Part shown: positions 52,735 through 61,913 of the stretch, one piece after another
How the letters are laid out: every line of letters begins with the position of its first letter
How positions within the stretch are numbered: the first letter of the stretch is position 1
Assembly (NCBI GenBank): GCA_945890205.1
Contig: CAMDCL010000003.1
Coordinates: forward strand, 3,523-67,522
Direction: 5' to 3'
Length of the DNA stretch: 64,000 nucleotides
From: Bifidobacterium breve
GTDB taxonomy: Bacteria; Actinomycetota; Actinomycetes; Nanopelagicales; Nanopelagicaceae
The notes under the pieces: generated by a model
Told to the model about the DNA's origin: nothing
The model's input: only the letters and a program-made list of their open reading frames with translations
Database searches by the model: none
Program-made: the position numbers and the translations under genes

Positions 52735-53838
52735 CTAAGCGCTATACCTCTGGATTGCGTTCCAATCCCAGTTAATGCCAAAACCAGGCTCAGTACTTAA
52801 CTGAGCCTTTCCATCAGAAATTTCAATTGGCTTTAATAACAGGTGATGGAAGAGATCGACTTCATATCGAGGGTCTAGGTACTCGATACCGCCTGCATAC
52901 CGATTATTTGTTGCAGCAGCGATTTGGGAATGAACCTCAGTATGAATGTGTGTCGAATACTTTATCCCTGAGTTATCTGCATAATCAGCTGCCTTGAGAA
53001 ATTCGCTAACTCCGCCAATTACTAAGGCATCAATTCTCAATACATCTACTTGTTTGTAATCGATAACTTGTTGGGCCATGCTTGCAGAAGCTAAGGATTC
53101 TCCAAAGGAAATGGGAACCCCAGTTTGTTCGCGTAATGCGATTGACAACTTGCCTTGCGACTCAAGAAATGCATCCTCGACAAAAGAGATGCCGTACTCT
53201 TTAAAGAGATTAACTCGACTCTTGGCTTTTTCAAGATCTCCAAATGTCCTGAATGCATCAACTGCAATTAAAGCATCTGCGCCAACGCGATCTCGCAAAG
53301 TCTTTATTCGATGAGCATCTCGTTCGGGAGATTTTGCCCCCACAACTATTTTGAAAGATTTAATTCCACGGCTGAGAGCATGATCTATCTCCTCTTCAAG
53401 CCCTGCCTCATCATTCCGATTGTCATAACCTATGACAGAGTAAACGGGAATCTCTTGGAGATCTGAACCCAGAAACTGCGCAACGCTTTTTCCAGACCGT
53501 TTTGCCATGATGTCATTCAGGGCTACATCAATGGCACTCAATCCAGAGGTAAGGGTGCCGTGCTCACTTGATTGCCAATTGGCTGCTAGTAGTTTGCCTC
53601 TAATCTCATCGGCAGATTCTGCGGTTTCTTGAATAATGTGCGGGCTCATCACCGCTTCAATAATTTTTGAGATGGGCAGACCTCGGCTGTAGCAGTATCC
53701 GACTCCGGTAACTCCATCACTAGTTGTGATTCGAACAATTGAGTATGTGCGATGTGAGATTCGAGCAGAGCCAACAATGAGGGGATGGAGCAGTGGAACC
53801 CGTGCCTCGTAGGTTTCGACCCTGTCGATCCTGTCCAT
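52735..53838 (-). CDS. Mandelate racemase subgroup enolase-superfamily enzyme (probable acid dehydratase/racemase)
   Basis: SAIDVAL.D, metal ligands AVDA / FVED / FGES, RIDA, STH, GIEY, PGFG. Confidence 0.88.
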   Translation of the reverse strand: MDRIDRVETYEARVPLLHPLIVGSARISHRTYSIVRITTSDGVTGVGYCYSRGLPISKIIEAVMSPHIIQETAESADEIRGKLLAANWQSSEHGTLTSGLSAIDVALNDIMAKRSGKSVAQFLGSDLQEIPVYSVIGYDNRNDEAGLEEEIDHALSRGIKSFKIVVGAKSPERDAHRIKTLRDRVGADALIAVDAFRTFGDLEKAKSRVNLFKEYGISFVEDAFLESQGKLSIALREQTGVPISFGESLASASMAQQVIDYKQVDVLRIDALVIGGVSEFLKAADYADNSGIKYSTHIHTEVHSQIAAATNNRYAGGIEYLDPRYEVDLFHHLLLKPIEISDGKAQLSTEPGFGINWDWNAIQRYSA

Positions 53839-53846
53839 AGCTCAAC

Positions 53847-53886
53847 AGGCTAGACCCTTGTATATGAATCGTCAACTGTTTACAAT
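53847..53886. promoter_or_regulatory. Back-to-back sigma70-type promoters with palindromic operator copy 1 (53868-53886)
   Basis: + strand TTGTAT-17-TACAAT; - strand TTGACG-17-TAGCCT; ATCGTCAAC-T-GTTTACAAT covers one -10 and the other -35. Confidence 0.72.
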
Positions 53887-53917
53887 ATCGATAACTTCTG
53901 GAGATCGCAGGTAAGTG

Positions 53918-54886
53918 ATGAAGGTATTAATTTTCGGTGGTACACGATTCATGGGTCGTTATGTACTGCGCGCCTTACTGGAAGTTGGCGTAGAGGTCAC
54001 AATTGCAAATAGGGGTACCCGCGAAGAGAACAAGGGTGCACACAATGTGATCTGTGATCGCTCTCAACCTGGCGCATTAGATCAGTTCAAGGGCTCGCAG
54101 TTTGATGCTGTTATTGATTTTTCCGCATATGCCTCGGACTGGGTAGAAGAGGCGGGAAAATTCTTTGCTGGAGAGATCTCTCGATACATTTTTATTTCTA
54201 CCGGAGCTGTCTATACATCCAGTCAAGTTTTCCCGATAACAGAAGATTTTCCTAAAGGCCCACCCCATCCCTTTGCTCCATATGCGGCGGAGAAGATCCG
54301 ATCTGAATCACTGCTGAGAGAGTTTAATGCAAAGGGTGCTTTCGATACTACGGCTCTGCGTCTTCCATTTGTATTAGGGCCAGATAATTATGAAGATAGA
54401 GAGTCCTTTGTCTTCAGCCGCTTATTGAATAATCAACCAATCTTCTTGGCTAATGGTGGAAAATCAATTCATTCATTTATTTATGCCGGCGATGTTGCAA
54501 GTGCAATTGTCAGGATTTTGAGTTTGAGTCGAACAAGTGGGAGCGAAGAGTTCAACTTAGCGGTACCTCAAGCAACAACTAGTCGAGGTTTTGTAGATTT
54601 AGCGAGCGAAGTTTGTGGAATTGAACCGACGGTAGTTTCTTATCAACCTGAGGAGTTTCAAATCGACACAATCAACTTTGATTTGAAAAATGTCGCCTTT
54701 CCATTCCCTGAAAATAATGCATATTTGAGCTCTGAGAAAATCTTGTCAAAACTGGGATTTGAGCCGAGCTGTGATCTGAAGGCCATGCTTTCCGAATACT
54801 ACGAGTGGTGGATGAAGCGAGCTGACAAGTCTCCGAAAGAGTATCCATTGGAAAATAGAATTAAAGTTGAGTTAGGGGCCCAATGA
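53918..54886 (+). CDS. NAD-dependent epimerase/dehydratase family (atypical SDR)
   Basis: GGTRFMG, NRG, YIFIST.AVY, YAAEK, GP. Confidence 0.85.
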   Translation: MKVLIFGGTRFMGRYVLRALLEVGVEVTIANRGTREENKGAHNVICDRSQPGALDQFKGSQFDAVIDFSAYASDWVEEAGKFFAGEISRYIFISTGAVYTSSQVFPITEDFPKGPPHPFAPYAAEKIRSESLLREFNAKGAFDTTALRLPFVLGPDNYEDRESFVFSRLLNNQPIFLANGGKSIHSFIYAGDVASAIVRILSLSRTSGSEEFNLAVPQATTSRGFVDLASEVCGIEPTVVSYQPEEFQIDTINFDLKNVAFPFPENNAYLSSEKILSKLGFEPSCDLKAMLSEYYEWWMKRADKSPKEYPLENRIKVELGAQ

Positions 54887-57291
54887 ACACCAAATCAGAG
54901 CTACACACTCCAATCAAATCCAAGGTAGCCGAAGAAGATCTTGAGATTCTAGAAAGTATTCAGGACCGGGTGTTATGGCTCTCTACACGTATTGTTGATT
55001 ACGCCAACACTGATCGACCTAATGTAGATGGCTTAAAGGTTGGTGGCCATCAAGCATCAAGTGCCTCGCTGGTTTCTGTGCTTACAGCCCTCTATTTCAA
55101 TTACCTGGACTCCGAGGATCGAATCAGCATCAAACCCCATGCATCACCAGTTTTTCACGCAATTCAATATCTGTTGGGCAACCTTGATGAGTCGTACCTA
55201 AAGAAACTTCGCGAGGCAGGCGGGCTACAGAGTTACCCTTCAAGGACCAAGGATCCGGATACCGTGGATTTTTCTACGGGATCGGTCGGATTAGGTGCTG
55301 TTGCTCCACTTTTTGCCGCGGTTACCCGCCAATACATTGACTCTCATTTTGGAGCAAGACCAAAGTCACGTTTCATTTCTGTTATTGGCGATGCTGAGCT
55401 AGATGAAGGAAATATCTGGGAGGCACTTGCCGATCCTGCTGCCACAAATCTAGGTAATGTTATGTGGATTGTTGATTTCAATCGACAGTCATTGGATCGG
55501 GTTATTCCTGGTGTACGAATCGAACAATGGAGAGCTCAATTTGAAGCCGCAGGTTGGCATGTCAAAGAGGTTAAGTACGGATCGAAGTCGAAGAGAGTAT
55601 TTGAGGATGATGCGAGTGAAGGCTTTAAGCAATGGTTCAACCAGATTCCGAATGAACAGTACCAATCGCTTTTTGGACTTAAGCCAACAGAGGCGCGAGA
55701 GAGATTTCTGGATGGTTCACCACAAGGTGTTAGTACTTTCCTTGAAAGATACAGTGATGGTGAGCTCTTTGAAATTCTCACTGACCTAGGTGGTCATGAC
55801 ATCAGCTCTCTTATTGAAGCCTTTCATGAGTGCGACAATGAATTAAATAAATCAAGCGTTGTATTTGCCTACACAATTAAAGGTTGGCATCTTCCGATTG
55901 CTGGGGACAAGAGAAATCACTCTGCCCAAGTAAGTAAAGAACAAATAGATGTTCTACGTAAATCTGTCGGACTAGAAGAGTCAAAGGAGTGGAACAGGTT
56001 TGAACCTGGGAGTGTTGAGGACTCACTCTGCATTGCAAGGGGTAAGGCTTTGAAACGCGATGTGGTTGATGCTCACATTTCTGCGCAATTCCCTCATTCA
56101 ACCGGCACCTCACCAAGCGGATCTTCCTCTTCACAGGAAACATTTGGGCGAGTTCTTAATGAGATAAGTCGCAATGAGGCGATTCGCCCCTACCTAGTAA
56201 CTACCGCACCTGATGTTGCGACCTCAACCAATCTAGGTGGCTTTATCAATCGTCATGGAATCTTCAATAGAGATCTTAAACGTGAGTGGAGCAACAACTC
56301 GATCCAAAAGTGGACAGAGAGTCCAAATGGTCAACATATTGAACTAGGGATCAGTGAAATGAATTTATTCACTCTCCTGGGGCAGTTAGGTATGTCAGGA
56401 GATATTTCAGGCCAATCTCTGATCCCGATAGGTACTGTCTACGATCCATTTGTTTTGCGAGGTCTGGATGCATTTATTTATAGCGTGTATTCAGGTGCAA
56501 AATTCATCGTTGCAGGAACTCCATCTGGAATCACCCTTGCGCCAGAAGGTGGTGCACACCAATCCACAATTACGCCCTCTGTTGGAGTCGAGTTACCCGG
56601 AGTCGTTCTCATGGAGCCAGCATTTGGTCAGGCATTAGATTGGATGTTGTGTGATGCGATTGCTCATGTTGCGGGAGCAAAAAAGAACACGGCGCCAGAC
56701 CTTAGCCCAAATGAGCTAGCTTTTTACTTTAGATTAACGACACGATCTATAGAGCAACAGCCATTTCATGATGCTAAACAACACTTAGGAGAAGCAACCC
56801 TTCGCTCACAAGTACTAGCCGGGGCCTATCGCCTTGTCGATGGAAGAAATGCGCTCAGTAAAATAGATAATCATCTTGCGCCCGTTGTTTACTTAGCAGC
56901 AAGTGGAGCGGTGATGCCAGAAGTTCTCGCTGCAGCGAAACAACTTGCAGAGGAGGGTGTTGTCGCACATGTTGTTGACATTACCTCGCTTGGTCGAGTT
57001 TTCGGTAGTTGGCAGAGAACTTTGAAACAGGGAATTCGAACCGCCTCCACCCCATCCTTACCAGGTGTTTTAAGGGCAACATTTACTGAAAAGGCACCCA
57101 TAGTCTCGATACATGATGGCTCTTCACACGCGATGGCTTGGTTGGGCTCTGCCCTTGGAGTGCCACAAGTAGCGATGGGCGTTGACAACTTCGGTCAATC
57201 TGGAAATATCCCAGATCTGTATGCAATTCATGATTTGAATACGGAGTCGATTATCAATGGTGCACTTGCAGCGTTGAGTCTAAATACTTAA
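54883..57291 (+). CDS. AceE-like homodimeric ThDP-dependent 2-oxoacid dehydrogenase E1 / transketolase-like protein
   Basis: GGHQASSAS, SYPSRTKD, STGSVGLG, ThDP motif GDAELDEG...N, ELGISE, EGGAHQS, FGQSG. Confidence 0.88.
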   Translation: MNTKSELHTPIKSKVAEEDLEILESIQDRVLWLSTRIVDYANTDRPNVDGLKVGGHQASSASLVSVLTALYFNYLDSEDRISIKPHASPVFHAIQYLLGNLDESYLKKLREAGGLQSYPSRTKDPDTVDFSTGSVGLGAVAPLFAAVTRQYIDSHFGARPKSRFISVIGDAELDEGNIWEALADPAATNLGNVMWIVDFNRQSLDRVIPGVRIEQWRAQFEAAGWHVKEVKYGSKSKRVFEDDASEGFKQWFNQIPNEQYQSLFGLKPTEARERFLDGSPQGVSTFLERYSDGELFEILTDLGGHDISSLIEAFHECDNELNKSSVVFAYTIKGWHLPIAGDKRNHSAQVSKEQIDVLRKSVGLEESKEWNRFEPGSVEDSLCIARGKALKRDVVDAHISAQFPHSTGTSPSGSSSSQETFGRVLNEISRNEAIRPYLVTTAPDVATSTNLGGFINRHGIFNRDLKREWSNNSIQKWTESPNGQHIELGISEMNLFTLLGQLGMSGDISGQSLIPIGTVYDPFVLRGLDAFIYSVYSGAKFIVAGTPSGITLAPEGGAHQSTITPSVGVELPGVVLMEPAFGQALDWMLCDAIAHVAGAKKNTAPDLSPNELAFYFRLTTRSIEQQPFHDAKQHLGEATLRSQVLAGAYRLVDGRNALSKIDNHLAPVVYLAASGAVMPEVLAAAKQLAEEGVVAHVVDITSLGRVFGSWQRTLKQGIRTASTPSLPGVLRATFTEKAPIVSIHDGSSHAMAWLGSALGVPQVAMGVDNFGQSGNIPDLYAIHDLNTESIINGALAALSLNT

Positions 57292-57322
57292 GAGGTACTC
57301 CATCGTGTGTGGATTGAAGTAT

Positions 57323-58132
57323 TTACCAATCAATGCTTCCACCCGGATTCATCGCCAAATTACCGCCATCAACCGGCATTGCAATGCCGGTGACCATGGA
57401 TGCAGCATCTGAGGCAAGGAAAAGAACAGGGCCAACCATTTCCTCAGGATTGCCAAAGCGCCCTATGGGGATTCCCGAAACCGCACGGTCAACTAGTTTC
57501 GCTCTTGCTGGATCTTTCCTGTATTCCTCCCAAGTTGCATTATCAAATTGACAAGGCAAAATTGAATTTACACGAATGCCGTGTTTGGCCCATTCAAATG
57601 AACAATCTCTTGTCAATTGAATAATTCCAGCTTTTGCTGCCCCATAAGCAACACTTCCACGACCCAATGCTGTTGCACCGGCGATAGAACTAAAGTTTAC
57701 GATACTGCCACCCTTTCCAGCCCTAATCATTCTTTGTGCAGCAGCACGTGATGTAAGGAAAAAACTAGTGAGGTCACCTGTAATTGTCTTCTCCCAGTCC
57801 TTAAGCGGCATGACATCTGGTGAATATCTATTTTGCCCTACAGAAATAGCATTTACTAAGATATTCAAAGAGGAAATTTTGTCTATCTTGGCAAACAATT
57901 CTTCGACCTCTGATTCTTTACCTAAGTCACCTTCAAATGCATGTGCAGTGCCACCGGTGGAATTTATTTTGTTGGCTACATTTGATGCATTTTCAAGGTT
58001 AATATCGGCAATAAACACCTGCGCGCCAGCTTGCGATAAGCCTAGGCCAATTGCGCTTCCGAGTGCACCACCGCCACCTGTAATCAATACGCTGCGGCCG
58101 GTTAGGTCAAACAAAGAGTGTGTAGAGCTCAT
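57323..58132 (-). CDS. Classical SDR oxidoreductase
   Basis: TGGGGALG, GSIVNFSS, YGAAK, IRVNSI.P, VDGG; RBS AAAGGA. Confidence 0.92.
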   Translation of the reverse strand: MSSTHSLFDLTGRSVLITGGGGALGSAIGLGLSQAGAQVFIADINLENASNVANKINSTGGTAHAFEGDLGKESEVEELFAKIDKISSLNILVNAISVGQNRYSPDVMPLKDWEKTITGDLTSFFLTSRAAAQRMIRAGKGGSIVNFSSIAGATALGRGSVAYGAAKAGIIQLTRDCSFEWAKHGIRVNSILPCQFDNATWEEYRKDPARAKLVDRAVSGIPIGRFGNPEEMVGPVLFLASDAASMVTGIAMPVDGGNLAMNPGGSIDW

Positions 58133-58159
58133 TGATGAATCCTTTCTCTATGATCCTTC

Positions 58160-58178
58160 ATTGTCAATGGTTGATAAT
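58160..58178. promoter_or_regulatory. Palindromic operator copy 2, upstream of the SDR
   Basis: ATTGTCAAT-G-GTTGATAAT, 16/18 match to the consensus, 28 nt upstream of the SDR start. Confidence 0.65.
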
Positions 58179-58191
58179 CTCAAGATAGAAG

Positions 58192-59121
58192 CTAGATATG
58201 AAGCAAAATTGGGCCGTGGCTTAATCGACCAATAATTAATGTGTCTGAAAGTATTTCATTACCTTGGCGCTTCAAGCCGTTAACGATTTCATTGTCCGAG
58301 ACTCCTGTGATGGATAGTAAAACATTGTTTGAATGGATTAGATCATATTTAGTTAATACAGGCAGATTGAATACTTTAAGGGGATCTTGGGTGAATGATT
58401 CAATATGAGCTCTAGAAACTATTTGAGTTTGTATATTGCCACCAAGAGCAATTATTCCCGCAGCTGCTATCACCGCCTCGGGTGATCCTCCTATACCAAT
58501 CATTGCGTCGACCTTTGAGTCAGGCAAACAAGTTACTAAAGCTGCCGTAACATCGCCATCATCAAAAAATCGAACCTTTATACCAAGTGCTTGTAGTTCT
58601 AATCCCAATTTTTCATGTCTAGGCCGACGCAAGACATTCACGACTAAGTCATGGAGCTTCTTTGACTTTGCCTCTGCAATTATGTGCAAATTTTCAAGCA
58701 AAGGCTTACTGAGAGAAATTTTAGTTGCTGCTTCATATCCAGTTACTAACTTGAGCATATAGAAGTTATCTTCTGGATTAAACATTGTGTTCTCGGGAGA
58801 GAAAGCAATTAAACTCACTGCACCAGTTTTCCCTTTTGCTACCAACGAAGTTCCATCTATAGGATCAACCGCTATGTCAACTGCAATACCAATGCCAGTA
58901 CCTACTTTTTCCCCACTTCCCAGCATAGGTGCATTATCTTTTTGTCCTTCACCAATAACTACAGTTCCAGCCATGGCGATTTGATTGAGCGCTTGGCGCA
59001 TAGCATTTACAGCAGCACCATCAATTGAGTTCTTATCCATTGATCCATGCAGGTCAATTACGCTTTTAGCAGCTGAGTTTGTTACCTGCTGAATATCTTC
59101 TATCGATAGTGATTCAAGCAT
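58192..59121 (-). CDS. glpX: Class II fructose-1,6-bisphosphatase-like protein (divergent)
   Basis: VIGEG, APML, DPIDGT, RPRH, DGDV, GIGGSPE; ATG 59121 overlaps the ppdK stop. Confidence 0.82.
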   Translation of the reverse strand: MLESLSIEDIQQVTNSAAKSVIDLHGSMDKNSIDGAAVNAMRQALNQIAMAGTVVIGEGQKDNAPMLGSGEKVGTGIGIAVDIAVDPIDGTSLVAKGKTGAVSLIAFSPENTMFNPEDNFYMLKLVTGYEAATKISLSKPLLENLHIIAEAKSKKLHDLVVNVLRRPRHEKLGLELQALGIKVRFFDDGDVTAALVTCLPDSKVDAMIGIGGSPEAVIAAAGIIALGGNIQTQIVSRAHIESFTQDPLKVFNLPVLTKYDLIHSNNVLLSITGVSDNEIVNGLKRQGNEILSDTLIIGRLSHGPILLHI

Positions 59122-61825
59122 TATCGCTGACACCTACTCCGCTACTAATTGCAGCACGCCCACTCTCTAGTCGAGCGATAGGAACTCTGAAAGGGGAGCA
59201 GGAGACGTAATCGATGTTGAGGGAGTTAAAGAAGTGAATACTGCGAGGATCACCACCATGTTCGCCGCAGATACCCAACTTGAAGTTCGGATCGACTTTT
59301 CTCGCATGATCGACAGCGGTTCTAACAAGTATTCCAACACCGGCCTCATCGAGAGACTCGAAGGGATTAAATGGCAATAACTCCAAATCAAGATAGCGGG
59401 GCAGGAATGAGGACTCAACATCATCTCTGCTAAATGCCCACGTAAGCTGCGTCAAGTCATTTGTGCCGAAGGAGAAGAAATCGGCATAAGGGACTAAGCG
59501 ATCAGCGGTAATTGCAGCACGTGGCGTTTCAATCATTGTTCCAATCGGAAACTCTGTTGTTTGACCAGCATGTGCAAAAGTCAGCTTTATCTCTATTTCA
59601 AGTGTTTCCCGCAGGTGAAGTAACTCTCTTTGGGTAGCAACCAGCGGAATCATTACCTCTGGCAAAGGTCGGTGCCCCAACCTTTCCACTTCAATGTAGG
59701 CGTGCACAAGAGCCCTTACCTGCATTTTATAGAGCTCTGGAATCAAGATACCTAGTCTTACTCCACGTAAACCAAGCATTGGGTTGGATTCATGCATCCG
59801 TTGCACAGCAGAGAATATTGCTGTGTCACGTGGAGATATCTCTAAGCCAAGCGCTTCAGAGCTTGCTCGTTCTGCGGTTAATACAGATAGAGGAGGTAAA
59901 AATTCATGCAAAGGTGGATCAAGTAAACGCACTGTCACGGGTAGTCCCGACATCGCCATCATGATTCCAACAAAATCTGCACGCTGAAGTGGTTCCATTT
60001 CGGCAATTACACTCTTTTGAATCTCCTCGTTTTCTGCAAGAACTAATCTTTCAATGTAGCTTCTTCGTTCTCCTAGAAACATGTGTTCAGTTCTGCAAAG
60101 ACCAACACCTTCAGCCCCCAGAATTCTTGAACGCACTGCATCTTCAGGGGTATCAGCATTTGCATGCACACGTAACTTTCGCACCGAATCGGCATGTGTA
60201 AGAATTCTGTGAACCGCTTTTACAACCGCAGGTGCAGTGAGATTTTCTGGAGCAAGTCTGCCCTCTAAATATGAGGTTACATGCGATGCCACAACTGGCA
60301 CTTCTCCTAGATAAACCGCCCCTGTACTTCCATCAATCGAGATAACTTCGCCTTCATGAACCAGGTGCTCGCCGATTGAGAAAAACCCAGCCTTCTCATC
60401 TACCGTGATACTTTCGCATCCACATACCGCCGTCTTTCCCATACCTCTTGCCACAACAGCAGCATGTGAAGTTTTTCCGCCTCGACTTGTCAGGATTCCT
60501 TCAGATGCGACCATTCCAACTAAATCATCTGGGCTGGTTTCTCTTCTTACAAGAATGACCTTTTGGCCACTCAAAGATAGATCTTGGGCTCGCTTTGAAT
60601 CAAACACAACAGCACCCACCGCGGCACCAGGTGATGCCGGAATACCTCTAGCAATTTCTATTGCTGAAGCTGTTAGATCAAACTGTGGAAACATGAGATT
60701 GACTAACTGGTCTCCTGAAGTTCGAAGAAGTGCCTCATTGATATCAATCTTTCCCTCATCTACTAACTGACTCGCAATGCGAAAAGCGGCCTCAGCTGTT
60801 CTCTTTCCAACTCGAGTTTGCAAGATCCACAACTTTCCCTTTTCAACTGTGAATTCGATATCGCATAAATCTCTGTAGTGGTCCTCAAGAAGGCTCATTG
60901 TTGAATCTAGCTCGGCATAAACTGAAGGGTACTTCTGCTCAAACTCGCGTAGTGAAATAGGCGTTCTGATACCTGCAACAACATCTTCTCCTTGAGCTCG
61001 CTCAAGGTAATCACCGTAATTACCTGTTTCACCAGTTGATGGATTACGAGTAAATGCGACTCCAGTACCAGAGTCATCGGTTAAATTCCCAAAGACCATG
61101 GACTGGATATTGATAGCTGTTCCTAGATCAGATGGAATTCTTTCTCGTTGGCGGTACAGTTGTGCGCGTTCAGAGTTCCAAGAGTGGAAGACCGCCTCGA
61201 TAGAGCGAAGCAGGTGATCGCGAGGATCTGAGGAGAATTGTTTTGCCTCATACTTTTCAATCAACGATATGTAATCCGTTACCAGTAACTTAGTTTGTTC
61301 AAAATCAATCTTGTCGATTCTTTGTACTTTCTCAGTTCGAAGGTACTTACTATCAATCTCAGCAAAAGTATCCTTTGGTATTCCACAAACTATTCGGCCG
61401 TATAAATCTATAAATCTTCTGTACGAATCCCACGCAAACCCAGGATTAGTAGTTTGTTCTGCTAAACCAACGGCTACATCAGGCGTCATTCCTACATTAA
61501 GAATTGTTTCCATCATTCCTGGCATTGAGAATTTTGCACCAGAGCGAACTGAAACGATCAGGGGATTTTGGGGGTCTCCAAAAGTTCGCCCCAGCGAGCT
61601 TTCTAGTTCATGGATTGCCAACTCCAACTCTTCAATGAGTTTTTGTGGCAGCGCTCCGGTCTTTAAAAACTCTCTGCATGCATGTGTGGTGATGGTGAAT
61701 CCAGGGGGAACTGGTAGTCCAATTTTGACCATCTCGGCAAGGTTTGCACCCTTGCCCCCCAATAAATCTGATTGGGATTTATCTCCGAAGGAGAAGGGAT
61801 AGATGAAAGTTGCGCCCTTGGTCAT
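59114..61825 (-). CDS. ppdK: Pyruvate, phosphate dikinase
   Basis: LLGGKGANL, SVRSGA..SMPGMM, AQGEDVVAG, GGKTSHAAVVAR, FSFGTNDL, GICGEHGGD. Confidence 0.96.
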   Translation of the reverse strand: MTKGATFIYPFSFGDKSQSDLLGGKGANLAEMVKIGLPVPPGFTITTHACREFLKTGALPQKLIEELELAIHELESSLGRTFGDPQNPLIVSVRSGAKFSMPGMMETILNVGMTPDVAVGLAEQTTNPGFAWDSYRRFIDLYGRIVCGIPKDTFAEIDSKYLRTEKVQRIDKIDFEQTKLLVTDYISLIEKYEAKQFSSDPRDHLLRSIEAVFHSWNSERAQLYRQRERIPSDLGTAINIQSMVFGNLTDDSGTGVAFTRNPSTGETGNYGDYLERAQGEDVVAGIRTPISLREFEQKYPSVYAELDSTMSLLEDHYRDLCDIEFTVEKGKLWILQTRVGKRTAEAAFRIASQLVDEGKIDINEALLRTSGDQLVNLMFPQFDLTASAIEIARGIPASPGAAVGAVVFDSKRAQDLSLSGQKVILVRRETSPDDLVGMVASEGILTSRGGKTSHAAVVARGMGKTAVCGCESITVDEKAGFFSIGEHLVHEGEVISIDGSTGAVYLGEVPVVASHVTSYLEGRLAPENLTAPAVVKAVHRILTHADSVRKLRVHANADTPEDAVRSRILGAEGVGLCRTEHMFLGERRSYIERLVLAENEEIQKSVIAEMEPLQRADFVGIMMAMSGLPVTVRLLDPPLHEFLPPLSVLTAERASSEALGLEISPRDTAIFSAVQRMHESNPMLGLRGVRLGILIPELYKMQVRALVHAYIEVERLGHRPLPEVMIPLVATQRELLHLRETLEIEIKLTFAHAGQTTEFPIGTMIETPRAAITADRLVPYADFFSFGTNDLTQLTWAFSRDDVESSFLPRYLDLELLPFNPFESLDEAGVGILVRTAVDHARKVDPNFKLGICGEHGGDPRSIHFFNSLNIDYVSCSPFRVPIARLESGRAAISSGVGVSDNA

Positions 61826-61879
61826 TTCCCGCCCCCAGTAAATAACGCCTAGGAGATGAGGGTAGCCATATACCCCTTA

Positions 61880-61898
61880 ATTGTAAACAGTAGACAAA
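61880..61898. promoter_or_regulatory. Palindromic operator copy 3, overlapping the putative ppdK -10 (TACAAT, - strand)
   Basis: ATTGTAAAC-A-GTAGACAAA, 15/18 match; its reverse complement shares ACTGTTTACAAT exactly with copy 1. Confidence 0.68.
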
Positions 61899-61913
61899 AT
61901 TCCCCTTTTGGTG

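Larger units (their letters stand above)
52735..61898. other. Accessory metabolic island 3' of tRNA-Tyr (no integrase seen)
   Basis: Starts 10 nt after the tRNA CCA; non-core gene set; AT-rich stretches (lines 58321 and 58561 count 16/60 and 19/60 G+C); shared operator. Confidence 0.6.

Noticed and set aside
52735-61898. Prophage, ICE or defence island at tRNA-Tyr
   Set aside because: No integrase, transposase, phage or defence genes; all cargo is metabolic.
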